Assembly: GCA_000708835.1 (NCBI GenBank)
Contig: DF236989.1
Location: forward strand, 62,001 to 126,000
Source of the DNA: Klebsormidium nitens
Lineage: Eukaryota; Plantae; Klebsormidiophyceae
Length of the DNA stretch: 64,000 bases
Direction of reading: 5' to 3'
Under the pieces are notes generated by a model. That model was not told where the DNA came from and made no database searches. It was given only the letters and a program-made list of their open reading frames with translations. This document shows positions 1-10,829 of this stretch, one piece after another (within the stretch, counting starts at the first letter, position 1; each line of letters opens with the position of its first letter). A program made the position numbers and the translations under genes.

Positions 1-2220
1 CCGGGCTATCTTGTACCAAAGCATCTCCTGCATGGAGTCATCTGCAGATCGCTTATAAAACCCTGCAGTTGCAAATCTAAGAGAGAATGACCAGAGCCAG
101 CTATAACCATGTAACATTCACAGAAGAAGCTAGCAACGCTGACCTTAGGGCTGAAGGGTGCGTCAGGCCCTGGCCGCAGCGGGTATAGATTGTCCGGATA
201 GACTGCGTCGTTGATCCCATCTCTGGGATCCCGCGTTTGTAACCCTGGAAGCAACTCCGCAGTTGACTCCGCTTCTTGCATCGGAACACACCCTGAGGAG
301 TCCTGCTCCCGTGGTTGTTGCAAGCTGAAGTGGTTCTGAGAATTGTTTTCCAGTGTGGGGCCTCGGGGGAGTGGATTTGCAAGCTCTGCTTGGTGCACGA
401 GCGGCTTCTTTGGACTCTGTAGGAGGGGCATCAGAGAGCTGCAGCTTCCCTGTCTGGACACTTTGTCAGCGGCCCCCTGCGAGAGTGAGGGCTAAGTCAA
501 AGGGTGTCCTTCTCGTCGCTGCATATCCAGATTCTTATTGAGCAGCAAGAGCATCCTTCAATTGCTATGGATAGTGACAGCACCAGTGCACAAATCTCTT
601 TCTGTGCACTTATTTGCAAGGTAGCTCTCTTTCCAGTCACTACTGTAACCCAGGTGCAAGCACCCTGACGCCCGTTCTGGTTTCAACCTCCAAGTAGATT
701 GCCAGCTTGAATAATCAACTCTGCTCATTTCTTCAAGCAGAAGGAAATGCAAACCAGGCACCACGAGTACCCTTTCTGCATGCAGCAGCTGGGATGTAAG
801 TGCTTACATCAGCTTGAAGCAATGAAGGGTCCATCGTGTTTGGCCTCTTGGCTTTCCCTTCCACTCCTGCCGACCGAGGCTGGTCAAGCAGATCATTGGT
901 CAAATCTTGCCCCGCCCTCAGCTTTGCACTTTGGCCGAAAAGTCCATCCTGCATATTGTATGGCACAACTGGGATGGAAGCTGCACACCCCATTGCTGGC
1001 GCCAGTACTGCCTCTGCTCTTAAGTCGCTGCCTGACATGCTTTATTTTGCATCCCCGTCCGTCAGCAGCAGTAGCGACCAGTAGTAGGCGTTGCTGGGGA
1101 GAGGTGCCACCGTGCCAAGCTTAGAAAAGCGGACCCGGCTGGGGACTTAAGCTTGTTGGCTGTTTCCCACTCCTTCAACTATGCAGGGATCTTCAAGTGA
1201 CATTCATTCAACAGATTGCTAATCCTCTGACTTGGTTGGTGTGGTGGTCCCCAACTTGGTGCCACTCGCTTGCCTTCTTATTGCGCCTGGTTCTCGTGAT
1301 CAAGGTGCTGCCCCACCGACCATCCTGTTTTCCAACCATCTCAGCATTGTATAAGGGCTGAACTCCGACTGCAACACTGCTTTTCAGTGCCTGTTGACCT
1401 TCTGTGTTTGCAAACCCTTGCAGAAGCACTGATTCAGGCTGTCAGGAAGCAACTATTGCTCACATTGACAGTGACATCCACTTTCAATGTCCCTGCATCA
1501 ATCAGTGCGCCATCTAGGCAGCCCTGCGCGTCCTGGACACCCTGTGTTAATGTAGACCACGGGCGGAGCCTCTTGCCCGCTTCATCCTCTTAAGGGCTTG
1601 CGCTTCTCTTTCCTACCCCGTGCCGCCTGTTAACGCTTTAAAATGCGTTATGCTGGATGCAATTGACGCTCCCAAAGGAGGCGCTCAGGGCTGCTTATCG
1701 CATCTACAATGCAGCAGCACAACTGACAGCAGCACACACCTGCAGGCCGCCACGATCACGAGTTTTGCTGCTTCAAGCACATTGATCGCCACGGAAGAAG
1801 GCGCTTGCAAAGTCTCTGATGTAACATTATTGCGAGTCAGGACTCAACCGTATAAATATTCAATCCATGGACCATACCCATCTTGCGCATTCCGCAATGT
1901 ACCTACATCAAGTTTCTTCTTCTACGGTATACCGGCGGCGGTAGACTGAATCTGGAAAACCGTACCTTCCAAGTTCCAGGCTTCCAGCACAGCCTGAGTA
2001 CCCGATTGGTACCTACCGTATCCTGGACCCTGAAGAATCCCAAATATCGCTGGTGGTGTCAGATCAGCAGCCAATGCCGCTTCCAGAATAGCGCACATGG
2101 CAGTAATGCACGTGCAAAAGCTGACACGCGGATATGATTTGTACCTTGGCACGGGAGATTTCTGTTTCCTGACAGGAAAAGTGTTCATCCAAAAGTACTC
2201 TCGTATCTGACAGCAAGCTC
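1..2220 (-). CDS. Probable multi-exon gene of unknown product; 5' end unresolved, 3' end runs off the window
   Basis: Two exon-like segments (~1032-811 and ~478-141) join in frame through AG/GT sites (...PSLLQAD|GAADKVSRQG...PFSPK|). Further candidate exons lie at ~1750-2220. I recognised no family. Confidence 0.4.
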
Positions 2221-2340
2221 CTGCAAGCCGTCCAATAAAAAGGTCATGCGGCCCGACGGTCAAGATTTGTGCAGTGTTGTAACGACGACTTGAAAGTTCG
2301 GCGACTGCTGAAACACTTCAGTGTGAAGGTTGATTGTGAC

Positions 2341-2500
2341 AGCCGAGTCCTGGCTCCTGAATGTCCTGACAGGGTCCTGAGTCCTGACCAGTCCCGCCGG
2401 GCTGTCCTGACTCCTGTAGGCTCCTGATGTCAGGGCCAGTCACGCATCCGACTCTGGTTGAGGTTGAAGTGACTGGTCGTGGACTGGTCACTCAATCCTG
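2341..2500 (+). repeat. Cluster of short TCCTGA motifs (about 7 copies)
   Basis: (G/C/A)TCCTGA recurs about 7 times in ~160 bp, with TCCTGG and TCCTGT variants. Confidence 0.6.
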
Positions 2501-3020
2501 AGATATTAAGCGCTATAGCAGGCAGCGGATCACTTTGATACCAACCTACGATTCAGTGAGTGTCGAAACAGTGCGTGAGATACTAGTCTCATAGTCTGCT
2601 AGCTCATCTCCAAGACAACACTGACACCTCCTCGGCGCCCAAGCTGGCACGGACACCAGTGGCCTAGCCTTCGGTTCAAGCTGTTCAAGCGTAGAGCACG
2701 CTTCATACCAGTGCACTTTTCTCCTTTTCAGTTTGCCATAATCGTCGGATCCGCGTAGAAGCACATCTCTATGTGTTGGGCTAGCCGAGATAGAGTGTCA
2801 AAGGTTGCCTTAGGTTAGTAGGATAGCTAGATAGAAGCATCTCAGTACTACAGTAGCATTGTTCGAACTCGGTCGAATCGTGTGTTGACACTCAGCCTCC
2901 ACTCAGCTTTGGGCCCATGCAGCGCATTGGCTACGGTCCTTATAATAGAAGTATAAATGAATGAATGAATTGAGAATCGTTGACTCAGACGGACTCGGCC
3001 TGAGCGGACCGAAGTTCAAT

Positions 3021-3494
3021 CCTGGGGTGGCAACTCGAGAAGATTACTGCATACACCTGCGACCAAGGGGTTGGCGAACTTAGTAGGTTATAGTGAAGTA
3101 TCTTATTGGAGTTTTTGCAATTTATTGGTAGATTATAGTGCAGGATCTTATTGACAGCTTCGAAATCAAGCAGGTTATAGTGAAAGATCTTACGTTCAAA
3201 TTTGTGACGAGCATTTTATAGTGTAGTATCTGTCGGATGATTGAGGCCTATGAAGGGAGTAGATTTGGTCGATGCCATATAAGTGCATCTTTTGCATCTT
3301 ATCGGCCGTAAGATCCGCGAGATTTATAAGATGGGGGGGTCAAAAATCATCAATCTATAGTGCTATGGAACCGTCTTGATGTGACGAAGACAAAGACACA
3401 TTCGGTTTTTCGAGATTCTAATTGAGTGCTTATGCGGATTCGTCAAGATAATTTTTTCTTTGATCATCTGCGGATTCGGAGTTGCCACCCCAGG
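3021..3494. mobile_element. Non-autonomous hAT-type DNA transposon (474 bp)
   Basis: Perfect 16-bp TIRs CCTGGGGTGGCAACTC (3021-3036) and GAGTTGCCACCCCAGG (3479-3494). 8-bp direct repeat AGTTCAAT at 3013-3020 and 3495-3502. Internal TTATAGTG..ATCT repeats at 3088, 3133, 3175 and 3216. No transposase ORF. Confidence 0.85.
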
Positions 3495-3539
3495 AGTTCA
3501 ATGGGGTCCGGAACGCATGGGAGGTGAGGGAGGTGCATG

Positions 3540-4275
3540 GGCCCATTTGCTCCGGAGCAAATGATGGACAATCTTCTCTGGCAATCTGATGCGGTCACTC
3601 TGATGCGGTCACTGCCAGCCTCTGCACTGCACGAGCATGGCATCGTGTCAAAACATCTCTGCAAGGGCGTCCGGAACTCCGAAAAATAAACCGGCCACCA
3701 GGGGGGTACAACCGAAAATTGACCCAAAAAACACCGGCCACCAGGGTACCCAAGTTCCGACTCGATGTAGTAAACCCGGTTTAGAGGGATATAAGGGGAT
3801 GGAGCGAGCGCAATATCCGCTTGATAATTGTCGAAACATGACCAGAGGTGGTTTTCAGGTGCTCCACTTCGATTCGGCGCCGCAATCAACTTATATAAAA
3901 GGCAAAATAGAGCACTATATATCTATACGCATCTGGATTTGTGTTATGTGGTGATATTTGTGCTAGACCGTGTGTTTCGAGATTGGTCGATTGATATGTG
4001 GCCTCGTAACCTCCAGCCCTTTTGCAGGGGGCTGACATGCTCAAGTGTACATATACGCGGCTGATAATAGTGGCTCATACGCAAGATTTTGATGATTCTC
4101 GGAATAATGAAACATTTATCAGAAAATTCAGCCGGGCACCGGCCACCAGCCCCCTCGAGTCATCTTGACGGTGCTCCGAGAACCGGCCACCAACCCCTTC
4201 AGAAAAATTGCGAAAACCGGAGTTCCGGACGCCACTGCACACATGTTTTGACACGATGCCCATCACAAATGGGCC
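3540..4275. mobile_element. Decayed inverted-repeat (MITE-like) element, ends uncertain
   Basis: 43-bp imperfect inverted repeat at 3639-3681 and 4218-4260. Outer 10-bp IR GGCCCATTTG (3540-3549) / CAAATGGGCC (4266-4275). ACCGGCCACCA occurs at 3690, 3733, 4138 and 4182. Confidence 0.55.
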
Positions 4276-5508
4276 GTCCGTGATACGGTATTGATCGTCA
4301 CATTCGTGTGCACCTATCTCATGCAGTGCATAAATGCAGGACTCGAATTATGGGACATGTCAATGATATTCGCTTTTAAACGCCGCGCGTGATCTACTAG
4401 CCACCTGGGCCACAGGCAATTCTCAGGGCACACATCATATGGTTATGTGTGGTGTCGACGCCTGAACGCCTGCCACACGCCTGCAGGATGGCAATTAAAT
4501 ACTCGGTCATATGTTGTTCTGCCTGACCGAGTCAATCCGAGCCGCACATTTCCATATTGATTTTGCCTTGTTTGAATTCAAGTAGGAATCTCAAGCTATT
4601 AAAATTGCATTCGAATGATTTGGACTGTGAAGCATGGACTATTTCTCGTCCGTGGACTGGTGGGGCGGCCAACATGGCGGCTGGCGAGCTACTAGTGATA
4701 GACGGTACGTGCTGCACACACGTACTGAGGCATGATTTGGAATGAATGATGCATTTAAACACAATGCCAATATCTCCATACGATAGACCCGCCTGACTTA
4801 GTCCAGCCTAAGTTACCCATGGTCTACTAGCAGCTGTTCTTTTCTCTTCAGAACTAGTTCCGCAAAATCAGTCTACACTGTAAGTTGCTCAAAAGCTGAG
4901 CAGGAACCGCTTCAAAGTGGAAGCTGAGATCGGATCCAGTGCTATATTTGCGATGGGGCCCATATCATATGTTGTGGAATTTGACGCTGGCATGACCAAA
5001 CGTGTTTCGTGGACACGAAAATGAATGTAACATGCCCGTTAGTAAACGATTGAATGAAGCAAGACAACAAGTTAAGGGAATGGTCACAATGAATGACCAG
5101 GTTTGGACTTTTAAATGCACAAAACATCGATCCAATATAATTGCTACACTATCAAAAGTTCGATTGAGGACCCTAGCATGCACTAATAAAGGCTCAGAAC
5201 TAGAATCAGCTGCTTTCGAGTTATCTTCTTATATCATTTACGTTTTGTTCAGATCTTCTCCTATCACCTTCTCTTGATGGCATCGGGACAGCAACACGGG
5301 ATATCCTGACCAGCTTGATCGTGGTTGAGCAAAGCATGCAGCTTCTTTCGAGGACGACAGACTTGTGCTGGCAGATTTCAAGCATCTTGTGCATTCCGAG
5401 ACAAATGTGCGACTTGACGTACAGTTGTGGGACTCGCGAGCCCCACCTTGTCCAAACGGTGACAACTATATCCACTTGTATCCGTTTACCCCTCAACTAC
5501 TTCCGTAT

Positions 5509-8500
5509 TCAAGCCCAGTATGCTAGCAAGTCCATCGTACCCATCCCCAAAAGAACGGCTAAGAAACAACCCCAGAGCAGCTTCGGGTTCCCCAAAACCT
5601 TTGCGCTGAAGAAATCGTGCGCAATCAGGTCCACAGTCGCCATGTAGATAAGAATCCCAGCCGTGAATGCATTGAAGGTGCCCTCGATCCCAAGCGCTTC
5701 TGGGGAGTTGTCGTTGTAAGACGACCTGCACGGAGACAAGATGGACTCAGATTGAAGTTTAGCTGCAGATTATCTTTGGGACTTTCACGTTGGCAATCTT
5801 TGAGGTGCGACGAAGCCGTTCAATCCCAGATCAGATGGGCTCGACGAAGGTGTCGTCGCATGCTGTTTGAGCGCGTAGAAATGTCGTCGCATGCTGTTTG
5901 AGCGCGTAGAAAACTGGACAATGCAACCAGGTGAAAGTCGAGCGACGATGCCCTCATCAGCCTCCAATCTTGTAAGACAAATCTTCCCTTGCAGTCAGAG
6001 CAAGCCCACCAACGTGATCAGACATGCGTATTTGGCGGGTGTGAAAAGATGGCGTCCACCTGTCAATCTTAAAAAGGACGTACATCCCGACTAGTGCGTT
6101 TAGACTTGGTGACGGCTTCAGCAGCTCGTTAAATGCAGACTCGAGTGGTCGCCAATCTGCTCATACATGGTCGTATGATGGACAGAATGGAACCACCATC
6201 CTCTCTGGCAGCAAAGAGTTGCAGTTGCAGTCGACAAAATCTGCCGGTCCAGGAAAAACCCTTCACGAGTCAGAGCCCATCAGAATCGCTTGTCCCTTCG
6301 AGCCAGACAGAGGTCACAACGGCACACTTCACACAGAGCAAGTCCAGCTTCAAAATATACTTTAAAAACAAATGTCCCATAAAAACCCCAACCACTTGAT
6401 TTCGTACCCAAAGGATCGAAAACAAACCAACGACATCACGTCAAATCTCCAGGACGAAAGTTACCAAGCCCACGACTGGCCAGTTACGCCGTCACCCCAA
6501 AAACATTGTTGAGATGAAATAATCATCAGAAATAATTCAGAAACTGCAGCTCCCTTACCTGACTCCGAGCCCGATAGCAATCCCAAGTGGCGTCGTGATC
6601 GCAAAGAAGAACGCCATGAGGAAGGTTGTCAAGCTTTTGTAGGCGGCCTCCACAATGCAGCTGCCAAGAGCCACGCCCTCAAAGAATTGGTGGAAGCAGA
6701 GCGCGATGAAGAGGCTGGTAACGGTGCACTTGCTGGTGTTCGTGCCGAGGCCAATGCCCACCAAGACCGAGTGCACAATGATGCCAATCTCAAGAACCTG
6801 ATGAGATCAGGAGGGGCAAGGGAAGCGTTAGCTTTTGGGATAACCGGAATGACAGAGCGGCAACGGATGATGGTATGATTACATTTGTGGGACCTTAGAA
6901 GTAGAGTTGGATTACAGGGGGAAGAGAGAAGACAGAAGAATCATATGCGTCAGACAAGCATTTTGGGGCACACAGTTGGGACACAAGATTTAAAAAGAAG
7001 GGAAGCAGAATCATAGATACTAGCCAAGCACGATTGCCCGCTTTTCCAGGATTCATCTTCAAAGCTGGTTGAGACCACATGTACAGCATTACTGTTCTGC
7101 TCAAGAGTTCAAGCAGGGTTACAGGAGAAAACACCGCACTTGGCTACCATAAGGGCAAAAGGATAGAACACTTGTTCGAAAGGACTTCAAATGCAAGTCA
7201 GATTTCCTCACCTCAGCAATGATCTTATGCCGGGGGGTCCCAAAAGTGCTCTCCTTGGCCACGCTGCCCGCCTCCACATCCAGTGACTTGACACTCCCGG
7301 CGGGGGGGTGCGCATCCCCGCTATCGACAGAAGGAGCTACCCCCTGGTGCGCAAGCCCGTGCACATGCACATGGTCTGGGTGATGGTGTCCATTGGCCAG
7401 CGCGAGTAGCGAGTTCTGGCCCGAGATCCAAGCATGAACTTGCACGGCCACGAGCTCGAGCGCGAGGCTGAGCGCGACGCCCATCGACGCGATCCAGAAG
7501 CTCCACGGGTAGACGGTCCACTTGCCGGTGAGGCATTCATTGGTCAGGTCTTCGGTGGCGTCGTTGAGGACGTGCGTGAACGCGAGCCCAAGGATGATTC
7601 CGGCGCCCAAGGCTTTTCCTGCAGAGAGGAGAAAAGGTGGGGGGGGTGAGCTGCATTAACATAAACATGAGGTGGGGGGTAAAACGAGATTAGTCTGAGA
7701 GGGTTTTTCGAGGGGACATGAGAGGGGTACATGACTTTTGAACCAACTGGGGGGGCAGAGGAGGGGGGGTTAGGGGGGGATGAAAAATCTGATCAAAGGC
7801 CCAGGTGAGCTAAATATGTAGCAAGAAGGACGCGAGTGTGAATCTGGAGGTTGGCGGCTGACAGGGGGCTTGGGGCCCACGATTGGAGTACTTAGAAGTG
7901 TAACAGAGATGCAAACAACGCTCGGACGAGATGGGGGGAGCCGGTGGGAGGGGCTTCCTAAGGCGGCAGAAATTCAACAGCCATTTCGCAAGGTTAGAGA
8001 GGATGGGGGCACTTGAAGGCTTTTAGTGAGATCAAGGGAAAAAGGAAACCTCAGACCACAACATTGCTAGGGGCAATCTGGGTCTGTGAAGGGCAGCTCA
8101 AGAAAGCTAAGGAGAAAAAATCTCAGAAAAACATGACAGTAGATAACAGAGCAGATCCTTCAGGCAGAAAGTATAGGACAGCACCCTTTCATGACCCCAC
8201 ATTCACAGGATGTCCAAACAGCGGGCCGCCTCACAAGGTTTCTGCACATTGCATGACTCTGATGTTCAGCCTAGGCAGTACTTCAAACTTTTATATGCGG
8301 TTTGGTAACAGAATGTGGCCCCGGCCAATCCCCTACAGCCCTCATATGACCCTCAGCTATCCAAAGCCTACCCAAGATAAGGCGCCCCAAGATAAGACGC
8401 CACGAGTTGACCGTCTCTCAAGGAAGCGGATGCTGTCCCGCCAGAAGCGGGTATGACTTCCAGTTAGGGTGCAGTCCGGTTGACGTCAACACAGAGGGTT

Positions 8501-8937
8501 TCTTCCATCAAACCCCACATTAGACCTGCTCAAGCACTACCAGGAAAAGATTGCTCCCAGCTAACCTGCACTAACCAAAACCACTCAACTTACCCGTCAC
8601 AAACTGGTGCCTTCCAGCGAGTCCTGGTAACCCAACCTGCTTTTAACCAACTTCACCCTGTCCGCGAGCCTTGAGGTACCCAAGGCGATTAGCTCAACTC
8701 ACCTAAAATGAAGAGGTTGCTTCCTGGCTGCAGCGACTTAACGAACCGCCGACCGTAGATGGGGAGTGCCACGCCCGCCGAGCTGCAAACCCAGATGACG
8801 AAGATCGCTGCAATCGCGAGCTTCTTTGCCTGGTCCGGGTTATGGCAGGACCCCTCATCCATACTGGGGGTGCATGTGGCCCCGTCCTCCATGATGTAAC
8901 AGTAACAGTTTTCTGCCGGCCCTACTTCCTCACTCAA
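5509..8937 (-). CDS. ZIP: ZIP (ZRT/IRT-like) divalent metal transporter, at least 4 exons (~8937-8704, 7618-7210, 6799-6556, 5725-5509); start codon unresolved
   Basis: Exons join in frame: [11 protein letters not shown]..., [17 protein letters not shown], His-rich loop [60 protein letters not shown], ...LLAYWA*. These are typical plant ZIP motifs. Confidence 0.93.
5851..5912 (+). repeat. 31-bp perfect tandem duplication in a ZIP intron
   Basis: TGTCGTCGCATGCTGTTTGAGCGCGTAGAAA twice in tandem. Confidence 0.9.
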
Positions 8938-9798
8938 GCAGTGCCTTTGGGTCTAGCTTTCCACAAAAGCTGGCCAACTACAGTCTGTGAATACGCAACA
9001 AGCTGATACGCTTGCTGGATCACCCTCTCTCGCCACCCAAAGCCAATGCTTTCAGCACTCAAGTAGAGCTGTCACCAAACGAGTGGAGGCCAACGCGACT
9101 CAATCCTGATGTTCCAACTTCAAAAGACAGGAGATCCTGCATGAGCGAGAGGTAATGATGGAAGGGATCCGAAGGATGCAAGGCAGGATCCAACAGCCGC
9201 AGGTTGCCTTCCTCCTTGAACCTGAGGCTGCAGCATTCACGAGTGACAGCCTACGGCCCAGACTCACGGGTCATTCAGGCTGGGGCTGCCGTGACAGAAA
9301 ACAGATCACCTTGATAACCCCAGGTGGGTGCCCATGTATCCTACGGTACAGGTTTTGTGCGTTGGTTACTCAGGCCCAGGCCCAGGGGCCAGGGCGCCAC
9401 AGACGGCACGGGCTGATCGATAGCACAGCGTCACACTGAAGAGTAATGTGCTCGCTTGAGGCACATCCCAACCGTTGGAACCCAAGGGGTCCCTCGATCT
9501 CTGATCGTCGATCAGATTTTGGCCCCCCATCTTTTCGACATGCAATCGCAGCTGACGTCACGGAAAATGCACTTAGCTAATGCATGACAGCCGGAAGAAG
9601 TCATCTCTGCCGTCCATCACTACTGAATGTGCCGGCTGACCGTCCGTTTGGAGCACTAGCTGAGAGTCGCTTCCTTCTCGCGACACAAACCGCGGCGGCT
9701 GGCACTGAGATTACCTAGGACTACTGTGGGAACGTCTAGTGAAATTGGCTTAATATTGACAACAATGTCGGCGGCGCCTGAGTCTGCGCAGTGCCAGC

Positions 9799-9862
9799 GG
9801 GCCCCTTGAACTATAACTTTGCTGATATGGGCCCTTGAACTACCGTATTACTTTGCTGATAT
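9799..9862 (+). repeat. Imperfect ~30-bp direct repeat between ZIP and MYB3R
   Basis: GG(G/C)CCTTGAACTA...ACTTTGCTGATAT occurs twice in tandem; the second copy has a 5-nt insertion. Confidence 0.6.
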
Positions 9863-10829
9863 ACGGTATGACGGTACCTTGGCGTGCATGGATTCTGGCC
9901 ATACCGGTATGTGTTTCTTCCATTCTTTGGCTTCGTCAATCCACATTCAAGCGCTAGTCATTTCTTGATTCTTCAATCTAGGTACGGTATACGGTACTGG
10001 TTTGCGGATCGGAAGGTAGCCCTAAGCTAAGGTAGATCAGCCTAGTATAGTTCCACAAGCTAATGGGACCGGCCACGCGCGGCATGCGACGCGATGATTC
10101 CGTACGTCTGTGATTACTTTCTTGAAGTATCAGTGATCGATTTGCATGAGCTGCATGTAGCACATGCTAGTTCTGGCAACTTGTATCAACGTTAAGAACA
10201 TGATGCCGCATGAAGCTCGCACGCGCTATAGTTTTCCATGATGCCACATGCACATGATGGTCATATATCATTCCGCTTTTGTATCAATGATATATATGGA
10301 TTGTTAACAGAAGATAATACGAATTACTTGAATTAGAAGACCGGTTAACAACAATCTGTATGCATCGCAAGCGCTTGATCACATCTTGCAAATTACAATG
10401 AAGAGGTTCGACTGCAACCGTACGCTACATGTGGGCATCTTGTTTTGGCTGCGCCTTCAAACATAGCTTGGACCTGAGGCGATTGAAAGGTGCAATCTCG
10501 GATCCAAGTTCTTGCGCGTTTGACTTGGCACAATCCTAGGCTACCGGTATGTGTCGGATCCAATAATGGCATGGGGTTGACATGCAGAACCTATGACCTA
10601 GGCCAAACAAAGCATGCATTCTTTAAAGAACTTTGCACTACTCTTTTGTGAATGTCAAGGGCGGTAAAGACCTATGAAATTGGCTGTTCATCGCACAGTA
10701 AATCACACGGCATATGTTACATTCGTCCCTCTTGTCCCTCTCCCCTCTGTGCGTCAATGTTTGAATGTAGCACGGCAGTGGTATACAGTATGGAAAAGAC
10801 GGTTGCAAAACTTATTCCAGGACATTCAG

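Noticed and set aside
7636-7800. G-run tracts with G-quadruplex potential
   Set aside because: They are the complement of the C-rich pyrimidine tract before a ZIP acceptor; similar tracts occur in other introns here.
9466-9480. MSA-like element (TCCAACGGTTG on the minus strand) upstream of ZIP
   Set aside because: A single near-match of a short motif is expected by chance; MSA-driven promoters usually have several copies.
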